From Eledone cirrhosa (Eukaryota): 64,000 nt of DNA. The stretch covers positions 22,196,001 to 22,260,000 of the forward strand of contig OZ024760.1 of assembly GCA_964016885.1 (NCBI GenBank). Reading direction: 5' to 3'. Every line of letters starts with the position of its first letter. Within the stretch, counting starts at the first letter, position 1. The notes beneath the pieces are model-generated. The model had not been told where the DNA came from, did not search any database, and saw nothing but the letters and a program-made list of their open reading frames with translations. Below are positions 39,688-55,500 of this stretch, piece after piece. The position numbers and the translations under genes were made by a program.

Positions 39688-41545
39688 AGTTGAGGGAAGA
39701 AAATTATTTTCCAAACAACACCTTACATATAATGGTGCTGGTGGTGATGATGTTAGTGGTGGTAGAGGTGGTGGTAGAGGTGTTAGTGGTTGTGGTGTTG
39801 GTGGTAGTGGTGGTGGTAGTAGTGGTGATGGTTGTGGTGGTGGTGGTGTTGGCTTACGTTGGCTTACATACAGTTGTAAGTTGAGGAATATTTAGCTACT
39901 ACTTCTAGCAGTGACAGCTACCACACAGAGACCTCCTTCTTTGGCTCTGTGGTCCTTCTACATAATAAGACATCTCCTTTTGTAATTGGAATAAAGAAAA
40001 TACTAGCAACACAACACCTCTTATACATCAAGCCACCTGCGTCGGCCTCCAGCATGTCAGCCATTTGTTGCTATGGGCAACTGAAACAATAACAACTACA
40101 ACAACAAAATGGTTCCGGCAACTTGAAATACAACAACAACAACAACAACAACAACAATAACACCATCATCAACACTAGCAAGATCATCATCATCATCATT
40201 ATCATCATCATCATTATCATCACCATCATTGTCTTCGCCCTGATCATTATCATCACCATCATCATAACCATCATCATCATAACCATCATCATCCCCCACC
40301 ACCACCACAATCGTCATCACCATCGCCATAATCATCATCATCACCATCATCACCATCCCGATCATATTAATCCTCACAATCATCATCATCATCACCACTA
40401 TCATCATTATCGTCTTCATCACCATCATCACAGTCACCATCAGCACCACCATTCTCACCACCACTACCACCAGCACCCCCACCAGCAGTACCATAAGCAC
40501 CACCATCACCACCACCACCACCACCACCAGCAGTACCATAAGCACCACCATCACCACCACCACCACCACCACCAGCAGTACCATAAGCACCACCATCACC
40601 ACCACCACCACCACCACCAGCAGTACCATAAGCACCACCATCACCACCACCACCACCACCACCAGCAGTACCATAAGCACCACCATCACCACCACCACCA
40701 CCAGCAGTACCATAAGCACCATCACCACCACCACCACCACCACCACCAGCATCACCACCACCACCACCACCACAACCACCATCACCACTACCACCACCAC
40801 CATCAGCAGTACCAGTACCAGCACCACCATCACCACTACCAGCACCACCACCATCAGCAGTACCAGTACCAGCACCACCACCACAACCATCACCAGCACC
40901 ACCACTAACACCACCACCTCTACCACCACCACCACCACAACCATCACCACTACTACCACCACCACTAACACTAACACCACCACCAGCAACACCACTAACA
41001 CCACCACCTCTACCACCACCACAACCATCACCACTACTACCACCACCACTAACACTAACACCACCACCAGCAGTACCACTACCAGCACCACCACCACCAC
41101 CACCACCACAACCATCACCACTACTACCACCACCACTAACACTAACACCACCACCAGCAGTACCACTACCAGCACCACCACCACCACCACCACCACAACC
41201 ATCACCACTACTACCACCACCACTAACACTAACACCACCACCAGCAACACCACTAACACCACCACCTCTACCACCACCACAATCATCACCACTACTACCA
41301 CCACCACTACCACCAACACCACCATCATCACCACCACCATCACCACCACTACCATCACCACTACCAGCACCACCACCACAACCACCACCACCATCACCAC
41401 CACAACCATCACCAGCACCACCACTAACACCACCACCACAACCATCACAACTACTACCACCACCACCACTACCATCAACACCACCACCAGCAACACCACT
41501 AACACCACCACCTCTACCACCACCACTAACACCACCACCACCACC

Positions 41546-41750
41546 AATAATAATAGTTTCTACTTGAGACACAAGGCCAACAATTTGAAGGGGAGGAGGG
41601 GGGGGGGGGACGTCTCTTGAATCCACTCCAGTACATTACTGGTACTTTATTATATCGACCCCGTAAGGATGAAAGGCAAAGTTAACCTCGGCGGGATTTG
41701 AACTCAGACCGTAAAGGGATGTAACTCTATGCCATAAAGCATAGTTCTGA
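41546..41750 (-). mobile_element. SINE family A
   Basis: Reverse-complement core and B box. Confidence 0.85.
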
Positions 41751-41875
41751 GATGGTAAACAAGCAATAGTAGTGATACTGATGACAAATCTATCAAAATA
41801 GGTTGCACGTGTGTGTGTGTGTCTGTGTCTGTCTATCTGTATGTGTGTGTGAGTGTCTGTATGTGTGAGTCTCTA

Positions 41876-41938
<63 letters not shown>

Positions 41939-42536
41939 GTGAGTCTCTATGTATGTATGTGTGCGTGTGTCTGTATGTGTGAATCTCTATCTATGTATGT
42001 ATGTGTGTATGTGTGTCTGTATGCGTGAGTCTATGTATGTGTGTGGTTGTGTGTATGTGTGAGTCTCTATGTATGTGTGTGTCTGTCTGTATGTGTGAAT
42101 CTCTATGTATGTATGTGTGTGTGTGTCTGTATGTGTGAATCTCTATGTATGTATGTGTGTATGTGTGTCTGTCTGTATGCGTGAGTCTATGTATGTATGT
42201 GTGTGGTTGTGTGTCTGTATGTGTGAGTCTCTATGTATGTATGTGTGTATGTGTGTCTGTCTGTATGCGTGAGTCTATGTATGTATGTGTGTGGTTGTGT
42301 GTCTGTATGTGTGAGTCTCTATGTATGTGTGTGTGTAGATATACATTATATTCATATATATGACATCTCTTTTGGTAAACAGTTTACTTCACTACGCAAG
42401 AACAATGACACACACACATACATACACACACACACACACATATACGCATACATGTATACATACACTATCCATTCATACATACTAACAGAATAACTATCTA
42501 TAATGATTTATCTATATCTCTCTCTCTAACTCCATA

Positions 42537-42640
<104 letters not shown>

Positions 42641-42664
42641 CTATCTATCTATCTATCTCACTCT

Positions 42665-42701
<37 letters not shown>

Positions 42702-42960
42702 ATATATATATAAATATATATATAAACATATATATATATTTATATATATATATATATATAAACATATATATATATAAACATATATATATATAAACATATA
42801 TATATATAAACATATATATATATATAAATATATATATAAACATATATAAACATATATATATATAAACATATATATATATATAAACATATATATATATATA
42901 TAAACATATATAAACATATATATATATAAACATATATATATATATAAATATATATATATA

Positions 42961-42992
<32 letters not shown>

Positions 42993-43011
42993 AATATATA
43001 TATATATAAAT

Positions 43012-43042
<31 letters not shown>

Positions 43043-43095
43043 AATATATATATATAAATATAAATATATATATATAAATATATATATAAATATAA

Positions 43096-43130
<35 letters not shown>

Positions 43131-43185
43131 AATATATATATATAAATATATAAATATAAATATATAAATGTATATGTATATATAT

Positions 43186-43288
<103 letters not shown>

Positions 43289-43311
43289 AATATATATATG
43301 TATATATATAT

Positions 43312-43344
<33 letters not shown>

Positions 43345-43345
43345 A

Positions 43346-43376
<31 letters not shown>

Positions 43377-43460
43377 AATATAAATATATATATGTATATA
43401 TGTATATATATATATAAATATGAATATATATATGTATATATATATATAAATATGAATATA

Positions 43461-43510
<50 letters not shown>

Positions 43511-43552
43511 TATATATGTATATATATAAATATATATATATGTATATATAAA

Positions 43553-43585
<33 letters not shown>

Positions 43586-43596
43586 GTATATATAAA

Positions 43597-43627
<31 letters not shown>

Positions 43628-43746
43628 GCATATATATACATATATATATGCACATATATATATATATATATATGTATGTATATATATTATATATATGTAT
43701 ATATACCTATCTATCTCATTATCTCTCTATCTATCTATCTATCTAC

Positions 43747-43783
<37 letters not shown>

Positions 43784-44213
43784 CATCTCTCTCCCTCATC
43801 CTTTAACTGTATATGTGTGAGCGTGAGCACGTAGAGAGGAGAGGGGGGGGGGGAGTCAGAGCGAGAGAAAGAGATAGAAGAAAGGAGAGAGGTTAGAGAT
43901 GAGACAAAGAGAGAAAAACCGAGAGAGAAAGATAAAGCAAGATGGCTGATTAGAAGCTTAGTAAGACATTATACGTGTTGGACGTCTGGAGTAAACATTG
44001 TAAACGGGATAGAGAACAATCCTGTTTTGACTGTATTGTTTGTCCCATCAATTGTGGACAGACCAGTGTTTAGATAGATTGGAGAAGAAAACATCTCTCC
44101 CCCTCTCTTCCCCCTCTCTTTCACTCTCTCTCTATATCTATCTATCTATTTATCTACCTCTCTATCTATCTACCTCCCACGCACACACAGAGATGTCGTG
44201 TCAGAATATATAG

Positions 44214-44292
<79 letters not shown>

Positions 44293-44484
44293 CGGATAGA
44301 ATTGCAGATAACTATCTATATGTATATGTAAACATATACGCACACACACACACACATATATATATATATACTACACATATTATATCTATATCTATATATA
44401 GATATATATTTATACGTGTATATATATATCTTTATATATATATATAAATACATACACACACACACACACATACATATATACACA

Positions 44485-44581
<97 letters not shown>

Positions 44582-44640
44582 TCGTATATATATATATGCG
44601 TATATATATATATACACACACATATATATGTATACATATA

Positions 44641-45484
44641 CGAGGTGTGTCAGAAAAGTTCCAACACTGACGTCACAAAATATTTATTTCAAACCCAAAC
44701 GTCACACTAAGAGTTTTCTCTTTCAAAGTAATCCCCCTGGAGTCTAATGCACTTTTCCATCCTTTTCTGCCACGCTTGCATGCACTCCTGGAAGGATTCT
44801 TCCTGGATCCTCCGCAGTTCCGTCGTCACGCCCTTTTTGATGTCGTCCACGTCTTCAAAACGGGTCCCCTCCGAGTCGTACTCGAAGATCCACCGGTGAT
44901 GACTGCCCTAGCAAGTCTGGTTCGGTTTCAAGACGCTGGAGGATGTCCTGGCACACTTGCATGCGTCGTCCCTTCTGGTCATCGTTCAGCAGTCTTGGCA
45001 CCATCTTCGCGCAGACTTTCCGCATGTCCAAATCTTCAGTGAGAATCTTCCAGACGCTGTCCCGATTCATACCCAGCTCATTTGCCATCAGTCGATCAGT
45101 CAGCCGACGATCGCTACGCACCATCTGCCTGATGCGCTCAACGTTGACCTCAGTCCTGGTTGTTGAGGGCCTTCAGCTCCTGGGGTCATCTTGCACCAAT
45201 CAAAAACACGTGAGCGTGACATCGTCTCATCTCCATACACTTGCTGCAGAACCGTACCAGAAACTTCAAGTTTGTTCGTTGCTCTGTGCTCATTGCTTGA
45301 CGACCTGAAACGGAGGACATGTATATAAAATTATGAAGAAAAAAGTTTGATCGCTGCAGAGAGCTACGATTACAGTTGCATACTCCAGGGGGATTAGTTT
45401 GAAGTAGAAAATTCTTAGTGTGAAGTTTGGGTTTCAAATAAATCTTTTGTGACATCAGTCCGGGAACTTTACTGACACACCTCG
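44641..45484 (-). mobile_element. Internally deleted mariner transposon with ~105-bp TIRs and TA TSD
   Basis: TIRs cgaggtgtgtcag..ccccctggagt and actccagggggatt..ctgacacacctcg. Transposase pieces MSTEQRTNLKF, DRRLT..RKVCAKMVPRLL and [21 protein letters not shown]; catalytic middle missing. Confidence 0.92.
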
Positions 45485-45593
45485 TATATGTGTGTGTTAG
45501 GTAAAGGAAAGAAGAGTTCTGTACGTATAGTACAGAGCTATTTAAGATCGTCGAGCTACGTATGTATGTATATATACATATATACATACATAC

Positions 45594-45624
<31 letters not shown>

Positions 45625-46049
45625 CACACACATTATATATATATATATATACTGTATATATATATACTGTATATATATATATATATACTGTATATATATA
45701 TATATATATTTAGTGTATATATATATACTGTATATATATATACTGTATATATATATATATATATACTGTATATATATATATATATATTTCCCTGATGTAA
45801 TTTTAACAAGTCGAGAAGCTTATCAAGTTCCTCATAGCTACATCTCATGCAGAGTTTAAGGCTGGAGTGTAACCATTTTATTTCCTTTTCACAGCGAGGG
45901 ATAATTTTTATGCTGTGAAATGAGATATAAATGACATATGATACACGTATATAGATACACGTACACCATCACAGTTATCTATATACACACACACACACAC
46001 ACACGCAGTTATATACACACATAGACATAAGAACCGAGGGACTCAGACA

Positions 46050-46270
46050 CATATGTAGAGATACACAGACACACACACACACAGAGCCTCTTCACAGACA
46101 CACACGCAGAGCCCCTGCACAGAAACACACGCACACACAGAGCCCCTACAGAGACACACACGCACACACAGAGCCTCTTCACAGACACACACGCACGCAC
46201 AGAGTCCCTGCACAGACACACACGCACACACAGAGCCCCTTCACAGATACACACGCACACACAGAGCCCC
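46050..46270. repeat. ~30-35-bp tandem repeat (cacagagccc..cacagacacacacg)
   Basis: Direct observation. Confidence 0.8.
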
Positions 46271-46385
46271 CAAATGACAGGTACAACTCATTTTTAACAG
46301 ATGAGTGGATTGGTGGAGCAACATGAAATAATGTGTCTTGCTCAAGGACATAACTCGCTGCCGGGTGTCGAACTCACGCCCTTAC
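46270..46385 (-). mobile_element. CORE-like SINE family B fragment
   Basis: ggagcaacatgaaataatgtgtcttgctcaaggaca plus B box. Confidence 0.75.
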
Positions 46386-46532
46386 ATACAGGCATATATA
46401 TAAACGCATAAACACACTTTTGTGTGTTTATGCGTTTATATATATGCCTGTATGTAAGGGCGTGAGTTCGACACCCGGCAGCGAATAAAATTAATTTAAC
46501 CTTTTAACATTAACATTACGCTATATATACTA

Positions 46533-46866
46533 CTAGCAGATTTACCCGGCGTTGTTCGGGGTTTGAAATTATGCTAAGAATATACAGCTAGGAAGTAAAA
46601 CAACCTGTTAAAATAAGCAGTCTCTTTATAAGGATTGTCAATAAAGTTGGTTATCTCCCTTACATTAATTTTGCTACCGATAAATTTGATATCGATTTTT
46701 TACTGCTCAACGTAGTTCGATTGGAAAAATGTTGGTGATGTGACCATCTTAGCGACCTTTGCAACGTGCACAGAACATTTGGTCAAATTCAGTTGGTAAT
46801 TGTAAAAGCCTTAGGTAACCAAATTTGGACACAGACACACACACATCCTCGCTTTTATATATATGA
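46533..46866 (-). mobile_element. Non-autonomous Helitron
   Basis: Minus strand: 5' TC atatatataaaa with a GT/GTCT tract; 3' subterminal hairpin cccg..cggg, then CTAG followed by T. Confidence 0.65.
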
Positions 46867-46879
46867 AGTTTGTATTTTC

Positions 46880-47061
46880 GCAATAAATGCTTTATCTCAC
46901 AGGATTATCTCACATAATATGGAATCGATGAGATTTTGATATCATTTAGTTTAAGAACATTACGTTAAACTCAGTATGTGTGGCTGGTTACAGCTGGTTT
47001 CAACAGAAAGAGGTGAGAGAATTCTGGCCGGATATGGCCGGTTTAAATGCTAAAGTGCTAA
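46880..47061. mobile_element. One end of a probable TTAA-type (piggyBac-like) MITE
   Basis: ggccggatatggccggtttaaatgctaaagtgctaa resembles a terminus I recall from octopus; no partner end seen. Confidence 0.4.
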
Positions 47062-47379
47062 TGAATGATGTGCTCATGCGCAAAGAAGCTTATAATATAG
47101 AGTGAACTCCCTTGGAGACGGAAAAAGAAAATCCTCGAAGCGGCCGATGGAATATCTTTCTCTGACCTTAAGGGTCTACACGCTATTCTATAAGAGATTT
47201 TATAGATTTCACACGTATGAGCAGATCATTCTTTTCATCTCTTTCTCTGGATCATACACACACATGCGCACACAAACAAGCAGCTCGGTTTCGAATCCCG
47301 GCATGGAAACGCAGGTTGCAATGTCAATACACCAACATAGCCTCAGACTGTGGGATGAGAACACGTAATAGAGTAATAG

Positions 47380-47422
<43 letters not shown>

Positions 47423-47548
47423 TATATATACATTATATATATATATATACATATACATATATACATTATATATATATATATATATATAAATATATATATA
47501 CATATACAGTATATTAATAAATGGAAACTATATTTATAAAACCATATT

Positions 47549-47609
47549 TATTTTATTATATATATTTCAAGGGCAAACAAGGCAAATTATGGTGCGCTTT
47601 CATCAGATA
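47549..47609 (-). ncRNA. Hammerhead, inverted arm of fold-back (stem I only 3 bp)
   Basis: Minus: tat-CTGATGA-aagcgca..tgccctt-GAAA-tatata-TA-ata. Confidence 0.65.
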
Positions 47610-47686
47610 GTCTATCTAGGAACCTCCAACCGTTAAGGTTGCCTTTTTTCCGAGTATGTCAATATTTATCTATAAAACAAATCTGT

Positions 47687-47750
47687 ATTTTATCTGATGA
47701 AAGCGCACCATAATTTGCCTTGGTTGCCCTTGAAATATATATAATAAAAT
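47687..47750 (+). ncRNA. Type I hammerhead ribozyme (AUA triplet)
   Basis: attttat-CTGATGA-aag c gca cca..tgg t tgc c ctt-GAAA-tatata-TA-ataaaat; 7-bp stem I. Confidence 0.82.
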
Positions 47751-47959
47751 TAATATGGTTTTATAAATATAGTTTCCATTTGTTAATATATTGTATATTT
47801 ACTCCACTAACTTGTTGAGTGCTTTATATCAGTTATAAAAATGTTTAAGCTTGTTGAATCCAAACAAATTAAATATAACCGCTGCATATATACATATATA
47901 TATATATATGTATGTATGCATGTGTGTGTGTATATGCAAATATATATATATATACATAC

Positions 47960-48005
<46 letters not shown>

Positions 48006-48090
48006 GTATATATATATATGTGTGTGTGTGTGTGTATGTGTGTATATATATATATTAAAGTGTAAAACGATATTCAATGATTATGTCAAA

Positions 48091-48147
<57 letters not shown>

Positions 48148-48447
48148 CATACAACATACATATATATATATATATACATGCATACATACATACATATATA
48201 ATTATATATATATATATACGAGTATAATGCAGGTGTATAGGGAGCGAATAAAAGAATATATGAAAGATAGGTATGGTGCATTTGTAAAGCATGTATGTGT
48301 AGACATATATATATTAGAAATGAAGGGTACAGGCGACAGGTAATCGTCTGCCAACCAATGGCGCTTTACAAGTGGATGGCGGAAGACCAAAACATTATGC
48401 GCATAATTGATAAGATCAAAGGAAACAACATATATACACGAATATTT

Positions 48448-48484
<37 letters not shown>

Positions 48485-48540
48485 AGCATATATATACGTA
48501 CATATGGTATATAAATGTATAAATATGAAAATACTTATGA

Positions 48541-48614
<74 letters not shown>

Positions 48615-48641
48615 CACATATGATATATATACAGATATAAG

Positions 48642-48701
<60 letters not shown>

Positions 48702-48728
48702 CACATATGATATATATACAGATATAAG

Positions 48729-48780
<52 letters not shown>

Positions 48781-48807
48781 CACATATGATATATATACAG
48801 ATATAAG

Positions 48808-48869
<62 letters not shown>

Positions 48870-49119
48870 CATATATATGTATAATATATATATATTATAT
48901 ATATCATATGTACATATATATATATATGTAATATATATAAATATGTAATATATATATATATATATATCATATGTACATATATATATATGTATAATATCTA
49001 TATATTATATATATCATATGTACACATATATATATGTATAATATATATATATGATATGTATATATATATATATATATATAATATATATACTATATATATA
49101 TGTGTATATTTGTTTATAC

Positions 49120-49165
<46 letters not shown>

Positions 49166-49396
49166 GTATAAACAAATATGTATGTATAAATATTACACAC
49201 GAGTAATGAGAAAACTAATTACATTTTTGGGTGTTAGTTAAGTTGCCAATACACGTCCCACCCGCGACTTATACGACGTTGCACAGCGTGAAAGGGGATT
49301 CCACAGACACACATGTAAACATATATATATATATACACACAGACATATATATATAAACACACATATATATATATATATGTATATATACACCCACAC

Positions 49397-49459
<63 letters not shown>

Positions 49460-49471
49460 TATACAGACACC

Positions 49472-49507
<36 letters not shown>

Positions 49508-49879
49508 AACAAACACACACATATATATGTACATATACACCCACACATATGTATATGTATATATATATACACACATAAATATATGTATATATATACACAC
49601 ACATAGATAATGTATATATATATACACTCACACACATATATATATATATGTATATAAACAAACACACATATATATATATGTACATATACACCCACACATA
49701 TGTATATGTATATATATATTTATACACACACGTAGATATATGTATATATATACACACAGATAGATAAATGTATATATATACACTCACACATACATATATA
49801 TATACACACACACACATATATATATACACACACATACATATATATACACACACACACATATACACACACACACTGACAC

Positions 49880-50490
49880 ACACATATATATATATATATA
49901 TATACATATATATACGTTGTTATTTCTGTTTACCATTTACATATATATATATATTATATATACACAAACACAGACACACATATATATACACACGATATTT
50001 CTGTTTACCTTTTACATATATATATATATTATATATATACACACACAGACACACATATATATACACACGTTGTTATTTCTGTTTACCATTTACACATATA
50101 TATATATTATATATACACACACACACACACACATATATATACACACGTTATTTCTGTTTACCATTTACATATATATATATATTATATAATTACACACACA
50201 GACACACATAAATATATACTCACGTTATTTTTGTTTACCATTTACATATATATATATATATTATATATACACACACACACAGACACACATATATATATAC
50301 AGATGTTATTTCTGTTTACCATTTACAGATATATATATATTATATATATATACAGACACATATATATATACACACGTTGTTATTTCTGTTCACCATTTAC
50401 ATATATATATATATATATTATATATACACACACACACAGACACACACATATATACAGATGTTGTTATTTCTGTTTACCCTTTACATATAT
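49880..50490. repeat. Tandem ~65-80-bp unit (ttatttctgtttaccatttac plus TA/CA tracts)
   Basis: Core repeated about 8 times. Confidence 0.85.
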
Positions 50491-51061
50491 ATATATCTGT
50501 CTAATATGTAACAATGTATATATAAATATATATATTTTCACAAACGTTCAGACATTCAGATATATGTACAGGTATATATAGTAATTATTTACTTATGTGT
50601 TTGGATGCATAACCCTCCCCTTCCTATATATCAACCTTATTATCTCTTTATCCCCCCCCCCCTGTCCCTCTCTCTATCTCTGTCTTTTTCTCTCTCTCTA
50701 GCTGTCTATCTCACTAATCTTTTGTCTATTTATTGTCTATTTAACAGAAGTGAATCACACACAAACCCACTTCTACACACACAAACCCACCTCTACACAC
50801 ACAAACCCACCTCTACACACACACAACTACACACACACACACACACGCCTACAACCCCACCCCTACACACATGTACATGTGTATGTAGGGGTGTGCAGGA
50901 AAATATGTATGACCGAATTAAATAGCTATATACGCCAAATGACACCACCCCATATACGTAAGCGTGCGATATATATATTTATGTATGTGTGTGTGTGTGT
51001 GTGTATTTATATATGTATGTACGTATGTGCGCGCGCGCGTGTGTGTGTGTGTGTATATGCA

Positions 51062-51092
<31 letters not shown>

Positions 51093-51172
51093 TCATATAT
51101 ATATATATGTGTATATATGTTTATGTGTTTATGTATACATATATTTATATTTATATGTTTATGTATGTATAA

Positions 51173-51250
<78 letters not shown>

Positions 51251-51480
51251 GTTTATGTATGTATATACATTCTTGAGAAAGAACACGTGACTCCGCTACC
51301 AAAGTTACTGCTTCAGTACATAGCAGTGGAATTATTAAGTCGCGCTGGTGTATAACGGTACGAAACGGCTGTAGGGAAAGGGACAACCCCGTTCCATCTT
51401 AGGATACATGACTGGCGTGCATGTTACGTAACTTGGACTGTAGCTTTCGTATTCCCAGAAACCAATCGGAGATATTTATA

Positions 51481-51665
51481 TAATTGTTTCTACTTTAGGC
51501 ACAATGCCAGCAAATTACCCAGTGCATTACTGGTACTTTATTTTATCAAACCCGTAAGGATGAAAGGCAAAGTCAACCTCGGCGGGATTTGAACTCAGAT
51601 CGTAAAGGGACGTAACTATGCTGGAAAGCATGGCGTCCGACCCTCTACCGATACTGCCAATCCAT
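51481..51665 (-). mobile_element. SINE family A, full length (near-identical to 32944)
   Basis: Reverse complement matches the 32944 copy closely. Confidence 0.9.
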
Positions 51666-52213
51666 TATATAATATCTACCGATAGGACCAGGTTTTTATT
51701 TTCGTTGTTGTAGAGGCTTTATTGACAACGTGTCTCCAGTCGTAATTTTCACTGTGTCACACCCTAACGTATTATTACTATGAGCTATAATTTATCGATA
51801 TATCGATTTCAGCTCATTGAGTGCTTTGTGCCAGCCCTAGAAGATTGATTTTGAAAGATGCTTATCGCAGCTGTAACTTCCAGTTTACTCACTATTATCA
51901 TGTATTAATTTCTCCTTCCGCCTCTTGAGTTATTTTCACTTACTACAAAGGAAACAGTCCTTTTTCTTGACCGATGTATCACGTGTTAATTCCTCCCTCC
52001 GCCTATAGAAATTCTCTCACTTGCTACAAACACGTCGGGAAAACAAAACAGTCCTTTTCTCTGTGGTGTCCCTTGAAAAGCTGATTTGCCTCACAACGAT
52101 GGTGCATTTCTATAAAGCACATTTATTAACATATGGATCAGCGAAACTGCGCAGTAGGGATTTTGAAGAAAAATTAGATATATTTTGTCTATTGTTTCCT
52201 CCTTTTTTTTTTG

Positions 52214-52303
<90 letters not shown>

Positions 52304-52308
52304 TATAC

Positions 52309-52420
<112 letters not shown>

Positions 52421-52606
52421 ATATATATATCGGTGCGTTGTTGACAGACGTGAGAAAAAGTAGTCTATATCAAAGTAGAATTTAAATACTAATTCATTAT
52501 ATCTTAGCATTGAGCCTTGGTACTCTCGAGTTTCACCTTCACACTCCAGGCATCATCATCATCATCATCATCATCATGTCTCTCTCTCTCTCTCCCTCTC
52601 TCTCTG

Positions 52607-52638
<32 letters not shown>

Positions 52639-53189
52639 GTAATAATAATAAATTTGAAGACTAAAATCAATCCAAAGAGAAGTTCGATAAGGATAAATAT
52701 ATATCAAATATATAAGAACCGTAGAGCAAATATTTATTAAAATAACAGATTATATATATGGTACATAGAACTTTGTCTATGTACTATCTACTATATTTCT
52801 ATTCTAAGTACTACGTTCTCTTCATATGTAGAATATTTACTATATTAATATTTCTCACTATTGTTTCTCTGTGTCTCTCTTTTCCTTCTCCTTCTCACAC
52901 TTTGTCTGTCCCTCCATTTCTCTCCCCTCTCTTTGCTCTTTCTCGTTCTCTCTATTTCTATATTTTACTTCCTTTTGACATCTTTCCTTTTTATCTCTGT
53001 CACTTCACTTCTTTTTCTTTTACCGTCACTCTCTTCCTGTTTCTCTCAAACACACACACACACACACACACACTCTCTCATACACACACCCTTTCACACC
53101 ATCTCACACACACTCTCTCTCCCTCTCACACTCTCTCTCTCCCTGTTTCTCTCAAACACATACCCACAACCTCCTTATTTCTCTCTCAC

Positions 53190-53520
53190 TCTCTCTCACA
53201 CACTTAAACTCCCTATTTCTCGGACATTCTCTCTCTCCATATGTCTCTCTCTCTCACACACTCTCTCAAACACTCACTTTCTCTCACACACTTAAACTCC
53301 CTATTTCTCGGACATTCTCTCTCTCCATCTCTCTCTCTCTCTCACACACTCTCTCAAACACGGACTCTCTCTCACACACTTAAACTCCCTATTTCTCGGA
53401 CATTCTCTCTCTCTCACACACTCTCTCAAACACTCACTCTCTCTCACACACTTAAACTCCCTATTTCTCGGACATTCTCTCTCTCCATATCTCTCTCTCT
53501 CTCACACACTCTCTCAAACA
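53190..53520. repeat. Tandem unit cacacttaaactccctatttctcggacattctct, 4 copies
   Basis: Direct observation. Confidence 0.85.
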
Positions 53521-53648
53521 GTCTCTCTATAATATCCCTTATCTCTCTCTATATCTCAACCCTCGTCTCTCATTGCTTGTGTCTCTCATAGCTAAAACTA
53601 TTGATTGTTTCCAAGATTATCGATACAACATTGACTAAGTTACCAGTC

Positions 53649-53682
<34 letters not shown>

Positions 53683-53919
53683 GCAACAATGACAACAACA
53701 GTAATAACAACAGCAGCAACAACAACAGTAATAGCAACAACAACAACAGTAATAAGAACAACAACAACAACAACAACAGTAATAACAACAACAACAACAA
53801 CAACCATCATTTACAACAGGTAAAACGACAACAACAACAACAACAACATCAATATTAAGAACTATAACAGCAACAAATACAATAACATCATCATCATCAA
53901 CAACAGGTACAGCAGCAAC

Positions 53920-55197
53920 AACAACACCATGTACAATATGTACAACAACAACAACACCATGTACAACAACAACAACAACACCATCTACAACATGTACAAC
54001 AACAACACCATGTACAACATGTACAACAACACCATGTACAACATGTACAACAACAACAACACCATGTACAACATGTACAACAACAACAACACCATGTACA
54101 TGTACAACAACAACAACACCATGTACAACAACAACAGCACCATGTACAACATGTACAACAACAACAACACCATGTACAACATGTTCAACAACACCATGTA
54201 CAACAACAACAACACCATGTAAACATGTACAACAACACCATGTACAACAACAACAACACCATGTACAACATGTACAACAACACCATGTACAACAACAACA
54301 ACACCATGTACAACATGTACAACAACACCATGTACAACATGTACAACAACAACAACACCATCTACAACATGTACAACAACAACAACACCATGTACAACAT
54401 GTACAACAACACCATGTACAACATGTACAACAACAACAAGACCATGTACAACATGTACAACAACAACAACACCATGTACAACATGTACAACAACACCATG
54501 TACAACATGCACAACAACACCATGTTCAACATGTACAACAACAACAACACCATGTAAAACATGTACAACAATAACACCATGTACATGTACAACAACAACA
54601 ACACCATGTACAACAACAACAACACCATGTACAACATGTACAACAACAACAACACCATGTACAACATGTACAACAACAACAACACCATGTACAACAACAA
54701 CAACACCATGTACAACATGTACAACAACAACAACACCATGTACAACAACCACAACAACAACACCATGTACAACATGTACAACAACAACAACACCATGTAC
54801 AACATGTACAACAACACCATGTACAACATGTACAACATGTAAAACAACACCATGTACAACATGTACAACATGTACAACAACACCATGTACAACATGTACA
54901 ACAACAACAACACCATGTACAACATGTACAACAACAACAACACCATGTACAACATGTACAACAACACCATGTACAACAGGTACAACAACACCATGTACAA
55001 CAGGTACAACAACACTATGTACAACAGGTACAACAACACCATGTACAACATGTACAACAACAACACCATGTAAAACATGTACAACAATAACAACACCATG
55101 TACAACAACAACAACACCATGTACAACATGTACAACAACAACAACACCATGTACAACATGTACAACAACAACACCATGTACAACAACAACAACAACA
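53920..55197. repeat. (AAC)n-derived minisatellite with CATGTAC cores
   Basis: acc-atgtac-aac variants repeated over ~1.3 kb. Confidence 0.95.
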
Positions 55198-55242
55198 ATT
55201 ACATCAACAACAACAGCCACAAAACGAAGTATCGACAGCAAT

Positions 55243-55500
55243 AATAATTGTTTCTGCTTTAGGCACAAGGCCGGCAATTAACCCAGTGTATTACTGGTAC
55301 TTTATTTTATCGACCCCCGTAAGGAGGACAAATAGTAAATTACAAAAACAACCTCATAAACACCTTCCTGGCTCTCCGTCGGTTACGACGACGAGTGTTC
55401 CAGTTGGTCCAATCAATGGAACAACCTCCTCGTGAAATTAACGTGCAAGTGACTGAGCATTCTACAGACACACCAACCTATAACGGAGTTCTCAGGGAGA
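55243..55500 (-). mobile_element. SINE A 3' fragment (55243-55324) and SINE B-associated fragment (55372-55500)
   Basis: Match to family A tail and to 10017-10110. Confidence 0.7.

Noticed and set aside
51770-51830. GAAA-tcgatatatcga-TA half motif (similar halves near 29580 and 58034)
   Set aside because: No upstream core or fold-back context.
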